NCBI GenBank assembly: GCA_001817505.1
Contig: MHIM01000034.1
Span: 51,005 to 115,004, forward strand
Length of the DNA stretch: 64,000 nt
Source: Candidatus Buchananbacteria bacterium RIFCSPLOWO2_01_FULL_39_33
Lineage (GTDB): Bacteria; Patescibacteriota; Patescibacteriia; 2-01-FULL-39-33
Reading direction: 5' to 3'
In this document: piece by piece, positions 17,448 through 26,928 of the stretch
Layout: the number at the start of each line of letters is the position of its first letter
Numbering within the stretch: the first letter of the stretch is position 1
Notes under the pieces: generated by a model
Told to the model about the DNA's origin: nothing
The model's database searches: none
What the model saw: only the letters and a program-made list of their open reading frames with translations
Position numbers and translations under genes: made by a program

Positions 17448-19004
17448 GTGAAAAACAAAGAAAATAATAATCAAAGAATAATTCTAATCATATTAGACGG
17501 CTGGGGTTTGGGCGAATCAAACAACGGCAATGCCATCTCTTTGGCCAAAACCCCGTTTATTAATTCTTTGTATAAGAAATATCCCTGGACCAAGCTTTGC
17601 GCGGCCGGCAAATGTGTTGGTTTGCCGCTCCAGCAAGTTGGCAATTCCGAGGCCGGCCATTTGAATATCGGCGCCGGCCGAATTATTGAACAAGATGTGG
17701 TGAAAATTTCTAAACAAATAAATACCGGAGAATTTTTTAAAAATCCGGCTTTTATAGCGGCTTTAAATCATGTTAAGAAAGAAAAGTCCAATTTGCATAT
17801 TATGGGCATGCTTTCCAATGATCAAAGTCCTCACAGCGACCCTGATCATTTATTGGCGCTCTTATCATTGGCTCGCCATCATAAAATTAAAAATATCTAT
17901 CTCCATCTTTTTACCGATGGCCGCGATTCGCCGCCGCGTTCTTCGCTGAAAGCGGTGGAAGCGCTGGAAAGAAATTTAAGGCCCAATGAAATAATCGCTA
18001 CGATTATTGGTCGTTTCTATGCTATGGACAGAAAGAAGAATTGGGCCAGCACTTGGTGGGCTTATGAAACCATGACTACCGGCAAAGGCCATAAAGCCAA
18101 AAGCCCCCAAGAGGGCATTACCCGGGCTTATAATGCCGGCATTACCGATGAGTTCATTGAGCCGATCGTGCTTTATCAGAAGAATAAAATGATCAAAAGG
18201 GTTGCCGATAATGACGCTATCATATTTTTTAATTTGCGGTCTGACCGAGCCAGGCAAATGGCCAAGCCCTTTATCCAAAAAGAATTTGAAAAGAAAAATC
18301 CTCAGGCGCTCAAACGCCAGAAAGTTTTAAAAAATATTGTTTTTGTAGCTATGACCGATTTTGGACCGGATTTGGATAATATCCTTACCGCTTATCCATC
18401 TGAAGATATTAGGGACTCGTTGCCGGTAATGTTAAAGTATAAAAAGCAGATTTATATCGCCGAAAAAGAAAAATACGCCCATGTCACTTATTTTATCAAT
18501 GGCGGCTATGCCGATCCGGTTAATGGCGAGAAAAGAATGGTTATTCCTTCACCCCCTGTGTCATCTTATGAGGCCACACCGGCTATGGCCACGCCCAAAG
18601 TCGCTCAAGCGGTTATCAAAAACCTTAAAAATTATGATTTTATCTGTGCCAATATTTCCTCGCCAGACATGATTGGCCACACCGGTAATTTAAAAGCCGG
18701 CATTAAAGCGGCGGAAATAGTTGATAAAGCCCTTAAAAAAATTTATCAAGCGGCTAAAAAAGATAAAGCTATCTTGATTATTACCGCTGATCATGGTAAT
18801 TTGGAATCCATGCTTGATGTTAAAACCAAGGAAGTTATAACTGAACACACGCATAATTTAGTGCCGTTTATTTTGGTAATTAAGGGAAATTTAAAAGCTA
18901 AAAGATTGAAAAAGGATGGTATTTTGGCTGATATTGCCCCTACTATTCTTAAACTTTTTAACATTAAAAAGAGCCGCTTGATGACAGGAGACAGTTTAAT
19001 TTGA
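17448..19004 (+). CDS. gpmI: 2,3-bisphosphoglycerate-independent phosphoglycerate mutase (iPGM), copy 1. GTG start.
   Basis: ILDGWG...NAI..A.TP....L......L.ASG..VGLP..Q.GNSEAGHLNIGAGR and a C-terminal TADHGN motif. Confidence 0.9.
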   Translation: MKNKENNNQRIILIILDGWGLGESNNGNAISLAKTPFINSLYKKYPWTKLCAAGKCVGLPLQQVGNSEAGHLNIGAGRIIEQDVVKISKQINTGEFFKNPAFIAALNHVKKEKSNLHIMGMLSNDQSPHSDPDHLLALLSLARHHKIKNIYLHLFTDGRDSPPRSSLKAVEALERNLRPNEIIATIIGRFYAMDRKKNWASTWWAYETMTTGKGHKAKSPQEGITRAYNAGITDEFIEPIVLYQKNKMIKRVADNDAIIFFNLRSDRARQMAKPFIQKEFEKKNPQALKRQKVLKNIVFVAMTDFGPDLDNILTAYPSEDIRDSLPVMLKYKKQIYIAEKEKYAHVTYFINGGYADPVNGEKRMVIPSPPVSSYEATPAMATPKVAQAVIKNLKNYDFICANISSPDMIGHTGNLKAGIKAAEIVDKALKKIYQAAKKDKAILIITADHGNLESMLDVKTKEVITEHTHNLVPFILVIKGNLKAKRLKKDGILADIAPTILKLFNIKKSRLMTGDSLI

Positions 19005-19081
19005 AAACTTAAAACTCAAAATGCCAAGCGCAAAACTACAATTTAAAACTAAAAATAATACCGCCGAAGACAGAATACCGA

Positions 19082-19267
19082 AGTTTTTATAATGTTGCTG
19101 GCCGAATACCCCTGGCTTTTAAGCCAGGGGATGAAGGCCAGTGTGAGAAAAAATATTGTCGGCGGTAGAGACGGGGCATGCCCCGTCTCTACCAGTCATT
19201 CTGAATTTGCCCAGACCTGCCTGCCGGCAGGCAGGTACTGCGGTTTTTAGACCGCAGTCAAATTCAT
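19082..19267 (+). ncRNA. Copy 2 of the 186-nt structured repeat element (see 284-469).
   Basis: About 97% identical to copy 1. It lies between the tandem gpmI paralogs. Confidence 0.55.
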
Positions 19268-19304
19268 TTTTTAGTTAATTATTTTTTAATTATTTAATTG
19301 ATCA

Positions 19305-20897
19305 ATGGCTGTTACTAATACAATTAGACCTAAGCCCATAGTTTTAGTCATTTTAGACGGCTGGGGAGTTGCTCCAGCTTCTGCCAGCAATGCCATTACC
19401 CTAGCCAAGATGCCAACCTATAATGCTTTGGTAAAAAATTATCCAGCCATGACTTTGCAGGCCTCGGGTGAATCCGTCGGTTTATCTTGGGGTGAAATCG
19501 GCAATTCAGAAGTCGGCCACTTAAATATCGGCTCCGGCAAACTTATTTATCAAAATCTGCCTAAAATAGATAAAGACATCACCACTGGGTCGTTTTTTTC
19601 CAATGAGAAATTATTGACTGCCATCAATACCGCCAAAAGAAAAAAGAAATCGTTGCATTTAATGGGTTTATTGACCACTGGCGGCGTTCACGCCTCTTTA
19701 AATCATCTTTACGCCTTACTGGAACTCTGCCATAAAGAAAAATTCAAAAATGTTTTTATCCATGCTTTTTTAGACGGCCGTGATATGCCTTATAACTCCG
19801 GCCTGGATTTGATTGCTAAGGTGCAAGAAAAAATTAAAGAAGTTAAAATCGGACAAATTGCCAGTATTAACGGCCGTTTTTATGCTATGGATCGCGATAA
19901 TCACTGGGAAAGGATAGCTCTGGCTTATCAAGCCATTGCCAATGGCCAGTCGGCTGATAGATTTAATGATCCTCTAAAAGCGGTTTCAGTTTCCTATGAT
20001 AAAAAAATTTATGATGAAGAATTGGCGCCGGTCGTTATCATTAATAAAGATGGTCCACTGGCTACTGTAAGTGAAGGTGATAGCTTAATATTTTTTAATT
20101 TCCGTTCCGACCGAGCCAGACAATTGACCAAGGCCTTTGTTTTGCCGGGCTTTGAAAAATTTGAAAGAAAATATCTGCCAGATCTGTATTTTGTCACTAT
20201 GACCGAATATGAAAAAGATTTGCCGGTGGAAATAGCTTTTCCTCTTGATGTCATCAACCAGCCATTGGCTAAAGTAATCTCTGAAGCCGGCTTAAAACAA
20301 CTGCATATTGCTGAAACCGAAAAGTATGCCCATGTGACTTTCTTTTTAAACGGCGGCCAAGAAGAGACATTTGCCGGTGAGGACCGATTGCTTATTCCCT
20401 CGCCTCGTGTTGCTACTTATGACAAAAAACCGGAGATGTCAGCCAAAGAAATCACCAAAAAATTGATGGAAGTGATAATTAAAAATGAATATGATTTTAT
20501 AGTTGTCAATTATGCTAATAGTGACATGGTGGCCCATACTGGCAATCTTAAGGCCTCCATCAGGGCTTGTGAAGCCATTGACAGTTCCCTTAAACAGTTG
20601 ATAGAAATTATTTTGGCCAAAAACGGCTTAGCTTTTATCACTTCTGATCATGGTAATGCTGAAGAACTGCTGAATCTGCAGTCAGGCAAGATAGACAAGG
20701 AACATAGCACTTATCCAGTTCCGTTTATTATTGTCGGCCGGGACTGGGCAGGCAAAACTGCCGGTCTGCCGGAAGGTCCCAACTCTGATTTGAGTTTAGT
20801 CCAGCCCTCTGGCCTTCTCTCTGATATTGCGCCGACGATACTCAAAATCATGAGTATTGAAAAGCCCCAGGAGATGACTGGCCAGAGCTTGATCTAA
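19305..20897 (+). CDS. gpmI: 2,3-bisphosphoglycerate-independent phosphoglycerate mutase, copy 2 (tandem paralog).
   Basis: VLVILDGWG...GNSEVGHLNIGSGK...TSDHGN. The same motif set as copy 1, but the sequence is divergent. Confidence 0.9.
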   Translation: MAVTNTIRPKPIVLVILDGWGVAPASASNAITLAKMPTYNALVKNYPAMTLQASGESVGLSWGEIGNSEVGHLNIGSGKLIYQNLPKIDKDITTGSFFSNEKLLTAINTAKRKKKSLHLMGLLTTGGVHASLNHLYALLELCHKEKFKNVFIHAFLDGRDMPYNSGLDLIAKVQEKIKEVKIGQIASINGRFYAMDRDNHWERIALAYQAIANGQSADRFNDPLKAVSVSYDKKIYDEELAPVVIINKDGPLATVSEGDSLIFFNFRSDRARQLTKAFVLPGFEKFERKYLPDLYFVTMTEYEKDLPVEIAFPLDVINQPLAKVISEAGLKQLHIAETEKYAHVTFFLNGGQEETFAGEDRLLIPSPRVATYDKKPEMSAKEITKKLMEVIIKNEYDFIVVNYANSDMVAHTGNLKASIRACEAIDSSLKQLIEIILAKNGLAFITSDHGNAEELLNLQSGKIDKEHSTYPVPFIIVGRDWAGKTAGLPEGPNSDLSLVQPSGLLSDIAPTILKIMSIEKPQEMTGQSLI

Positions 20898-20997
20898 ATC
20901 ACCAAAACACTAAACCACAAAAGCACAACTTATTTCTTTGTGTTTTTATTTTTAATCTTGATTTTTACTTCTAAAAATGCTAATTTAACTTGGTCTT

Positions 20998-22488
20998 ATG
21001 CCAGAAAAAACTCTTAAGAAAATAACCGAAGTTTTTCCAGCTGCCCTGGTTTGGCTGACTTTTATAGTTATTATAACCCTATCTTTTGCCCGCCCCCTTT
21101 GGGCGATTTATTTTATTTTGGTTTTCGTGGTTTATTGGATAGTCCGTCTTTTTTATATGATGGTCTGGCTGGTGATTTCTTGGGTGAGATATCTTAGAGA
21201 CATCAAAATTGATTGGTTGGAAAAAATTAAAATTTTGCCTAAAGATTATCGGGAGTATTACCAGGTGATTGAATATCCCACTTGCGGCGAACCGTATGAA
21301 GTGGTAGCCAGATCTTTTGAGGCCTTGCTGAAAACCAATTATCCTAAAGATCAAATGATTGTGGTTTTAGGCGGTGAGGAGAGGAAGGGTGAACAATTTT
21401 TGAAAGTGGCTAAAGAGATTAAGGAAAAATTTGGCAGCCAATTTTTTAAATTGCTTATTACTGTCCATGAATTGCAGCCCGATGAATTGCCCGGCAAAGG
21501 AGCTAATGTCCATTATATGGAATGGGAAATTAAAAAACTGATTGATGAACTTAACCTTCCTTATGAAAAAGTAATTGTCTCTTCTTTTGACATAGAAACC
21601 CTGCCCCACCGCCAGTATTTCTCTTACTTGGCTTATAAATATTTGACTCACCCCAATCCCACCCATGCCAGCTATCAGCCGCTTATTTTATATAACAATA
21701 ATATTTGGGAGTCCAATCCGATAATTCGCGTGGTCGCTTCGGCTACCACCTTCTGGCTTTTAACTGATCTTTCCCGACCGGAAAAATTGTTGACTTTTTC
21801 TTCCCATAGCATGAGCTTCAAAATGCTTTTTGATGTCGGTTTTCATGACAAGACCATTGTGACTGAAGACTCGCGTATTTGTCTACAAGGCCTGGTGCAG
21901 TACGACGGTAAGTATGAAGTTGTGCCGATGTTTGTCACTCTTTCAATGGATACCGTTTACATCGGTAAATTCTGGCAGAGCTTGAAGAACCAATACAAGC
22001 AGATGAGGCGCTGGGCCTGGGGGGTAGAACATTTTCCTTGGATGTGGCAGAATTTTTTTAGCCAAAAGGCCAATAAAAATATTCCTCTTAAGAAAAGAAT
22101 TCAATATCTTTGGAATCAAACCGAGGGCATGTATTCTTGGGCCGTAGCCCCTCTTTTAATTTTAGTCATTGGCCGTTTGCCGCTTTTTTTGGCCTCTGAC
22201 GAAGATAAGGCGACGGCTTTTTTCCAGAACGCTCCTCGTATGTTGGAAAATTTAATGGTTATCGGTATGGTTGGTTTAATTACCAATTCGGTGATGTATA
22301 CGCTGATGTTGCCGAATAGACCTCAAGGTTATTCCTGGCTTAATTATATTATTATGCTGGCGCAATGGGTGGTTTTTCCCGTGACTATGATAATCTTCGG
22401 TTCCATTCCGGCTCTTGACGCTCAAACCCGGCTAATGATCGGCGGCCGCTATAAACTGGGTTTTTGGGTGACGGAAAAGAAAACCTGA
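20998..22488 (+). CDS. Membrane-embedded processive family-2 glycosyltransferase, cellulose/chitin-synthase-like.
   Basis: TED motif (IVTEDSRI) and Q(x)xRW motif (KQMRRWAWG). Multiple TM helices at both the N- and C-termini. Confidence 0.65.
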   Translation: MPEKTLKKITEVFPAALVWLTFIVIITLSFARPLWAIYFILVFVVYWIVRLFYMMVWLVISWVRYLRDIKIDWLEKIKILPKDYREYYQVIEYPTCGEPYEVVARSFEALLKTNYPKDQMIVVLGGEERKGEQFLKVAKEIKEKFGSQFFKLLITVHELQPDELPGKGANVHYMEWEIKKLIDELNLPYEKVIVSSFDIETLPHRQYFSYLAYKYLTHPNPTHASYQPLILYNNNIWESNPIIRVVASATTFWLLTDLSRPEKLLTFSSHSMSFKMLFDVGFHDKTIVTEDSRICLQGLVQYDGKYEVVPMFVTLSMDTVYIGKFWQSLKNQYKQMRRWAWGVEHFPWMWQNFFSQKANKNIPLKKRIQYLWNQTEGMYSWAVAPLLILVIGRLPLFLASDEDKATAFFQNAPRMLENLMVIGMVGLITNSVMYTLMLPNRPQGYSWLNYIIMLAQWVVFPVTMIIFGSIPALDAQTRLMIGGRYKLGFWVTEKKT

Positions 22489-22542
22489 TTTAATTTAAAA
22501 ATTTCTAATTTCTAATTTAAAAAACAATTTTAAAATTTAAAA
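22488..22542. repeat. Left arm (AATTTCTAATTTCTAATTT...) of a conserved AT-rich palindromic intergenic module, directly upstream of the four-helix-bundle gene.
   Basis: The same sequence recurs at 33605-33705 and 52074-52174. Its inverted partner is at 22885-22936. Confidence 0.5.
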
Positions 22543-22881
22543 ATGGTTTATGATTTAGAAAGCAGAACTAAGATATTTAGTAAGCATATGATGAATTTCT
22601 TGTCAGAAATCAGAATAAGAGAAATCAATAGAAATATAATATCTCAATTAATCAAATCAACTACTAGTATCGGGGCTGATTACTGCGAAGCTAATAATGC
22701 TAGTTTTAGGAAAGATTTTAGAAATAAAATATTTATTTGTAAAAAAGAGTCGCAAGAAACTAAATATTGTCTTGAATTATTAGCTGAAATTAATAAAGAA
22801 AAAATTATTCAATTAAGATTATTTTGGCAGGAAGCCCATGAACTACTATTAATATTTAGCAAGATAATTTCCAGTTTATAG
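22543..22881 (+). CDS. Four-helix-bundle protein, 23S rRNA intervening-sequence-protein-like family (112 aa).
   Basis: Length, helical composition and a TSIGADYCEAN motif resembling the NIAEG-type motif of that family. Confidence 0.45.
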   Translation: MVYDLESRTKIFSKHMMNFLSEIRIREINRNIISQLIKSTTSIGADYCEANNASFRKDFRNKIFICKKESQETKYCLELLAEINKEKIIQLRLFWQEAHELLLIFSKIISSL

Positions 22882-22884
22882 TAT

Positions 22885-22936
22885 TTATTAAATTAAATAA
22901 TTGTTTAGAAATTAGAAATTTTTAAATTAGAAATTA
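22885..22936. repeat. Right arm (AAATTAGAAATTTTTAAATTAGAAATT) of the module, ending at the start codon of the GT2 gene.
   Basis: Inverse complement of the left arm. Recurs at the other loci. Confidence 0.5.
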
Positions 22937-23980
22937 ATGGACATGTCTTTACCTAAAGTTACAATTCAAATAGTCACTTGGAACAGCTTGAAATATCTGC
23001 CTTTCACTTTAAAGTCAATTTTTTCCCAAACTTATCGTGATTTCCAGGTTTTAGTCATTGATAACAATTCTCAAGATGGCACGATTGATTTTCTTAGGCA
23101 GGATTACCCCGAAGTCGCTGTTTTTCAAAATAAGAAGAATTTGGGCTTTGCCCGAGCCAATAACCAGGGCATCAGGTTGCTTCATTCTCCTTATATTCTT
23201 TTTTGCAACCCTGACATTATTTTAGAAGCCAATTGGCTGGCGGAAGTTATGCCAAAAGCCGAAGACGAGGCAAACTCCCAAGTGGGCAGTTATGGGGGTA
23301 AATTATTGAAATTAAAGCCAATTGACGGTGAAATCGGCCCTGACAGCCAGACCACTATTATTGATTCTGGCGGCCTGCAAATTTTGAAAAATCGGAAAAT
23401 AGTGGAAATCGGAGCGGGGGAAGACAGTTCTAAATTCAACCGAGATTTAGAGGTCTTTGGCCATTCCGGCGCCCTGGTTTTATACCAAAGAGCAACGCTG
23501 GAAGATTGCCTGGTCAAAACTAAATACCAAAGCCAAGGAGAATATTTTGACGAAGATTTTTTTGCCTATAAAGAAGATATTGATTTGGCTTGGCGCAGCC
23601 GGCTTTTGGGCTGGCAGTCGATTTTTATAAGTCAAGCAGTGGCTTATCATATCCGTTCTTTAGCCGGTTCCCAGAGTCAAGGCCTAGCTGAAATGATTAG
23701 CCATCGGAAAAAACAATCTTCTTTAGCCAGGTATTATTCTTACCGCAACCATTTTTTATTGTTGATTAAAAATGAATTCAGTCAGAATTTTATTAGGGAT
23801 TTTTGGCTAATCAAATGGTTTGAAGCCAAAAAAGCCGGCTATATGCTGATTTTTGAAGGCAAAAACATCAAGGCCTGGCTGGCAGTAATAAGAATGTTGC
23901 CGCTTATGCTAGCCAAAAGAAAGGCAATCTTCAAAAAAGTTCGCATTAAATCATCAGATATAGCGCGCTGGATAAAATAG
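22937..23980 (+). CDS. Family-2 glycosyltransferase, rhamnosyltransferase-like.
   Basis: N-terminal VTIQIVTWNSLKYL...VLVIDNNSQDGT is a GT-A fold signature. Confidence 0.8.
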   Translation: MDMSLPKVTIQIVTWNSLKYLPFTLKSIFSQTYRDFQVLVIDNNSQDGTIDFLRQDYPEVAVFQNKKNLGFARANNQGIRLLHSPYILFCNPDIILEANWLAEVMPKAEDEANSQVGSYGGKLLKLKPIDGEIGPDSQTTIIDSGGLQILKNRKIVEIGAGEDSSKFNRDLEVFGHSGALVLYQRATLEDCLVKTKYQSQGEYFDEDFFAYKEDIDLAWRSRLLGWQSIFISQAVAYHIRSLAGSQSQGLAEMISHRKKQSSLARYYSYRNHFLLLIKNEFSQNFIRDFWLIKWFEAKKAGYMLIFEGKNIKAWLAVIRMLPLMLAKRKAIFKKVRIKSSDIARWIK

Positions 23981-24082
23981 TAACTGGTAACTAGTAATTG
24001 GTAACTGGTAATCGGTAATTGGTGATTTGATGAAATTTTTAAAAACCAGTTACCAGTTGCTAATTACCAGTTACCAAATAAT

Positions 24083-24859
24083 ATGGAAATATCAATCATT
24101 ATCAATAATTACAAAACTAAAGGACTTCTAAAGCAATGCTTAAGGGGCATTTATCTATATCCGCCCAGTGTTGAATATGAAATAATTGTCGTTGACAATA
24201 ATTCCGGTGATGGCTCGGCAGCCATGATTAAAGCCAAATTTCCCCAAGTCAAATTAATTGAGGCCCCTAAAAATCTTGGCCATCATAAAGGCAATAATTT
24301 AGGCCTTAAAAATTCTCAAGGCAAATATGCTTTGATACTCAACACCGATATTGCTCTCTTGGATGACTCCCTGGATAAGATTTACCGTTTTATGGAAGAT
24401 CATAGCCAGGTGGCTCTGGTTGGACCGAAATTAAAAAATCCTGATGGCTCAATACAAATGTCTTGTATGAGGTTTCCTAATAAATTAGTGCCTATTTATC
24501 GCCGCACTTTTTTAGGCAATTTTCCTTTTGCTAAAAAAGAAATAGATTATTACCTGATGAAAGATTTTGACCATTTATCAACTCGGCCGGTGGATTGGAT
24601 ATTGGGGGCTTGCGTAATGGTCAGGCGGTCGGTGATTGATGAAGTGGGACTGATGGATGAGGATTTGTTCCTTTATTTTGGCGACATTGCCTGGTGTCGG
24701 AAGTTTTGGCAGGCGGGCTATAAAGTTTATTATTTTGCGGCTGCCAATATTGTCCATTACCATAAGCGCGAATCAGCGCAAAGCGGCATTTTTTCCTTGG
24801 TTTTCTGGATACATATCATTGATTGGTTGAAATATTTAAAAAAATATTCTCGGCAATGA
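24083..24859 (+). CDS. Family-2 glycosyltransferase.
   Basis: ISIIINNYKT...VVDNNSGDGS is a GT-A signature. Confidence 0.8.
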   Translation: MEISIIINNYKTKGLLKQCLRGIYLYPPSVEYEIIVVDNNSGDGSAAMIKAKFPQVKLIEAPKNLGHHKGNNLGLKNSQGKYALILNTDIALLDDSLDKIYRFMEDHSQVALVGPKLKNPDGSIQMSCMRFPNKLVPIYRRTFLGNFPFAKKEIDYYLMKDFDHLSTRPVDWILGACVMVRRSVIDEVGLMDEDLFLYFGDIAWCRKFWQAGYKVYYFAAANIVHYHKRESAQSGIFSLVFWIHIIDWLKYLKKYSRQ

Positions 24860-26796
24860 AAAAAAACGGCAATTCACATTTTTCATCGAATAATTCAGTC
24901 CGCTTCTTATCCTTAAAGGGGTCTATTTTGTTTATTGCCATTTCTTTAACCAGCTTAATCATTGTTTTGGCGCCTTTAGTTTTTCACGGAGTCAAAGCGG
25001 CTAATTATGCCCTGGTCTCTTATCAGCAAGTTAAAAATCTGGTTAGTGATAGCCAGGCTAAAAATTGGTCAGCTGGTGTCAAAACCGCTGCCAATCTTCA
25101 AGTCAACCTAAAAAAGTTGGATTTAGAAATCAGCCGCCTGGGTTTAATCACCAAATTACCTAAATTAAATCAGGCTTTAAAAATCAGCCGGCAATTTTTG
25201 GCAGTCGCCGATTCTTTGACTGGCAGTTATTTGGAGACCTTTAAAATTTTTGCCAAGGTAGAAGAACTTGGCGCTGTTATTGATCCCTTGGATTTATTGG
25301 AGAATAAGGAAGCCCTGAAGTTAATCAGCGCCAATAACGCTGGTTTGACTTTAGCCCAAAACAATGTTGACCAAGCCAAGAAAAGGTTTGCCGAAATTAA
25401 TACTAATGAATTTTCCGGCCTGTTTTCTAAGTATTTATTTTTAGCCCATGCACAACTCGGCCAAATTTTGACTATCACCGATCTGGCTATTCCGGCTTTA
25501 CCCGAATTAGTTGATTTTTTGGGTTTTAACGGTGCTAAGCATTACCTTTTAATTTTTGAAAATAATATGGAACTGCGTCCGACCGGCGGCTTCATCGGCT
25601 CTTATGGAATTATCACTATTGAGAGTGGCGAGGTCAAGAAAATTTTTACCGATGATGTTTATAACTTGGATAAGTTATCAGCAGGCAAAATGAAAGAATT
25701 GGCTCCGCTGCCTATGCAAAAATATAACAATCAAAAATATTGGTATCTGCGCGATGCCAACTGGTCAGCCAATTGGCCCGATTCAGCCAAGAAAATAACG
25801 GAGTTTTTTCATAAAGAGAGAATTAATGCCAATTTATCCGACCAGCCCTTAGACGGTGTTATCGCTATTACTCCTGATTTTATCGCCAATCTTTTAGCAG
25901 TAATTGGCCCGATTAAGAGTCAGGGCTTAACTTTTTCTGCTAAAAATTTTGCCCTGGACTTGGAAAAATTCGTGGAGTTTGATTTCAGCCAATACGGCGT
26001 GGCTTATAGCGAGCGCAAAGAAATTATCGGTGACTTAGCTGACATTTTAATCGCCAGAATGGAAAATATTCCAACCGGTGATTTGGTTAAATTGTGGCTG
26101 GCTGTCAAAAAGAATATTGATCAGAAGCAGATTTTGGTTTATATGTTTGACGACAAATTGCAAAAATATTTTTCTGACCGCCAGTGGTCGGGTGAAGTGA
26201 AAGCGACTGCTGGCGATTATTTGATGATAGTAGACAGCAATCTGGCTTCGCTTAAGACCGATTCGGTAATGGAGAGGTCAATTAAACAGACGCTTAAAAT
26301 AAATAATGCCGGCGATCTTATTGCCCAGTTGGAGATAACTTATCAGCATAACGGCCAATTTTTAACTGACTTGATAACCCGTTATCGCACTTATGCCAAA
26401 GTTTATGTGCCTGAAGGTTCTTGGTTTGAGCGGGGTTGGATTAAAGCTGGCGATAAGGAGACAGCACTTGATATGTCCAAGGATTTGGAATATGGCAATG
26501 AATTCGGCAAGTCCTATGCGGCTTATTTTCTGGTTATTGAGCCGGGCCATTCTAAGACAATTATTCTGGAATATAAATTGCCGGCCACCTTAAAAAATCA
26601 GTCTGAAAAAGGTCAATATAGTTTAACTGTTCAAAAGCAACCAGGCACCAGTGGACATAAGCTGGAAATTGATTTAAACTTCAGTCGTGACATCGCGGCT
26701 TATAAAAGCGATAATTTTCCCAGTCGTTTTGACGGCCAGTCAATCAGCTGGAAAACGGATTTGAGCGTGGATAGGGAATACATTATTAAATTTTAG
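24856..26796 (+). CDS. DUF4012-domain envelope protein with an N-terminal TM segment. The likely start is ATG 24856, which overlaps the upstream stop as ATGA. The track ORF starts at 24823.
   Basis: Motif ELRPTGGFIGSYG, characteristic of DUF4012. Translational-coupling overlap with the upstream gene. Confidence 0.55.
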   Translation: MKKNGNSHFSSNNSVRFLSLKGSILFIAISLTSLIIVLAPLVFHGVKAANYALVSYQQVKNLVSDSQAKNWSAGVKTAANLQVNLKKLDLEISRLGLITKLPKLNQALKISRQFLAVADSLTGSYLETFKIFAKVEELGAVIDPLDLLENKEALKLISANNAGLTLAQNNVDQAKKRFAEINTNEFSGLFSKYLFLAHAQLGQILTITDLAIPALPELVDFLGFNGAKHYLLIFENNMELRPTGGFIGSYGIITIESGEVKKIFTDDVYNLDKLSAGKMKELAPLPMQKYNNQKYWYLRDANWSANWPDSAKKITEFFHKERINANLSDQPLDGVIAITPDFIANLLAVIGPIKSQGLTFSAKNFALDLEKFVEFDFSQYGVAYSERKEIIGDLADILIARMENIPTGDLVKLWLAVKKNIDQKQILVYMFDDKLQKYFSDRQWSGEVKATAGDYLMIVDSNLASLKTDSVMERSIKQTLKINNAGDLIAQLEITYQHNGQFLTDLITRYRTYAKVYVPEGSWFERGWIKAGDKETALDMSKDLEYGNEFGKSYAAYFLVIEPGHSKTIILEYKLPATLKNQSEKGQYSLTVQKQPGTSGHKLEIDLNFSRDIAAYKSDNFPSRFDGQSISWKTDLSVDREYIIKF

Positions 26797-26928
26797 AATT
26801 TTCAATTTTCAATTTCAAAAACAATTAATTAATTTAAAAATTTAAAATTATTTGAACCCGCCTGCCATGCCTACGGCAGACAAGCCGGCCGGCAGGAATT
26901 AAAATTAGAAATTGAAAATTATTTATTT
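26797..26928. repeat. Variant of the same palindromic module (AATTTTCAATTTTCAATTT...AAATTAGAAATTGAAAATT) with a GC-rich CCTGCC...GGCAGG insertion in its centre. Directly upstream of mreB paralog 1.
   Basis: Seen in the sequence. Confidence 0.45.

Noticed and set aside
22543-22881. Four-helix-bundle protein as the DGR accessory variability determinant (Avd).
   Set aside because: Avd belongs to the same broad fold family, but this gene lies 6.5 kb from the TR inside a glycosyltransferase cluster with no RT adjacent. Standalone four-helix-bundle genes are common in such genomes, so the link is not supported.
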